Source: Parcubacteria group bacterium
GTDB taxonomy: Bacteria > Patescibacteriota > Minisyncoccia > Portnoybacterales > UBA2143
Reading direction: 5' to 3'
Length of the DNA stretch: 32,000 nucleotides
NCBI GenBank assembly: GCA_002685955.1
Contig: NYYU01000028.1
Coordinates: 9,740 to 41,739 of the forward strand
Shown: piece by piece, positions 31,934 to 32,000 of the stretch
Layout of the letters: each line of letters starts with the position of its first letter
Position numbering within the stretch: the stretch's first letter is position 1
Program-made: the position numbers and the translations under genes
The notes under the pieces: model-generated
Told to the model about the DNA's origin: nothing
The model's database searches: none
What the model saw: the letters and a program-made list of their open reading frames with translations, nothing else

Positions 31934-31999
31934 TCAACGACTCTTTTTACTTTGCTCTACCACTTCAATTACATATTCCTTCATGATTTTGTTTCCAGG
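31934..31999 (-). CDS. 3' end of an unidentified upstream gene (last 21 codons)
   Basis: Minus-strand frame is open from the window edge: ...PGNKIMKEYVIEVVEQSKKSR then TGA at 31936..31934. An A/T-flanked weak hairpin follows. Too short to identify. Confidence 0.3.
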   Translation of the reverse strand, partial: PGNKIMKEYVIEVVEQSKKSR

Positions 32000-32000
32000 G

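Noticed and set aside
1-32000. Alternative genetic code (UGA recoding as in some candidate phyla)
   Set aside because: TGA terminates conserved full-length genes at the expected positions (ferredoxin 581, gap 7111, trxB-like 8384, EamA 10033, orphan 22627). No conserved gene is interrupted by in-frame TGA/TAG/TAA.
1-32000. CRISPR arrays, tRNA/rRNA genes, transposases, integrases, toxin-antitoxin or known defence genes
   Set aside because: I found no regularly spaced direct repeats, no cloverleaf-compatible sequences in the few intergenic gaps, and no matching protein motifs. A tRNAscan/Infernal run would be the definitive check.

Overview
AT-rich, very gene-dense bacterial chromosomal segment. 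I call 40 protein-coding genes, two of them cut by the window edges. 39 are on the minus strand and only hypC is on the plus strand. Many junctions are overlaps (ATGA, 8-35 nt) or gaps under 10 nt. Order along the + axis: rplY (L25, partial) and a ferredoxin; a compact sugar-phosphate string (fba, a 420-aa orphan, a PfkB-family kinase, split transketolase, rpe, rpiB, gap); a glutaredoxin-like/thioredoxin-reductase-like pair; a Cys-containing 254-aa unknown; an EamA transporter; hypC (+) converging on a four-gene group-3b-type [NiFe] hydrogenase operon (beta-gamma-delta-alpha). Then come an HNH-motif orphan, a DsbA-like protein, a HAD-like protein, an RNase HII::MGMT fusion, a 2-hydroxyacid dehydrogenase, an ABC exporter, a 76-aa orphan, tgt, a SpoU methyltransferase and a 118-aa orphan. 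The window ends with a membrane-anchored clan GH-A hydrolase plus two membrane proteins, a degenerate methyltransferase, mutM, mreB, an INS-less proS, rseP, frr and holB. I saw no rRNA, tRNA, CRISPR array, transposase, integrase or recognisable defence genes. The standard code applies: TGA, TAA and TAG all terminate intact conserved genes. The repertoire fits a reduced-genome, H2-metabolising lineage (CPR/Patescibacteria-like), but that is inference only. I did not find an obvious multi-gene novel system. The structure least explained by ordinary annotation is a family of ~105-nt intergenic long-hairpin repeats: 3 full copies, 1 truncated copy and some related hairpins. Their arms differ between copies by compensatory changes around a nearly invariant GC-rich apex. 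Other follow-ups: the 420-aa orphan inside the sugar-phosphate string; the RNase HII::MGMT fusion; a hydrogenase large subunit that ends exactly at the DPCxxCxxH histidine; a 254-aa protein with a HypC-like C-terminal motif; a TrxR-like enzyme lacking the NADPH HRR motif; a ProRS whose editing domain is replaced by a 4-Cys knuckle; and three putative leaderless first genes.
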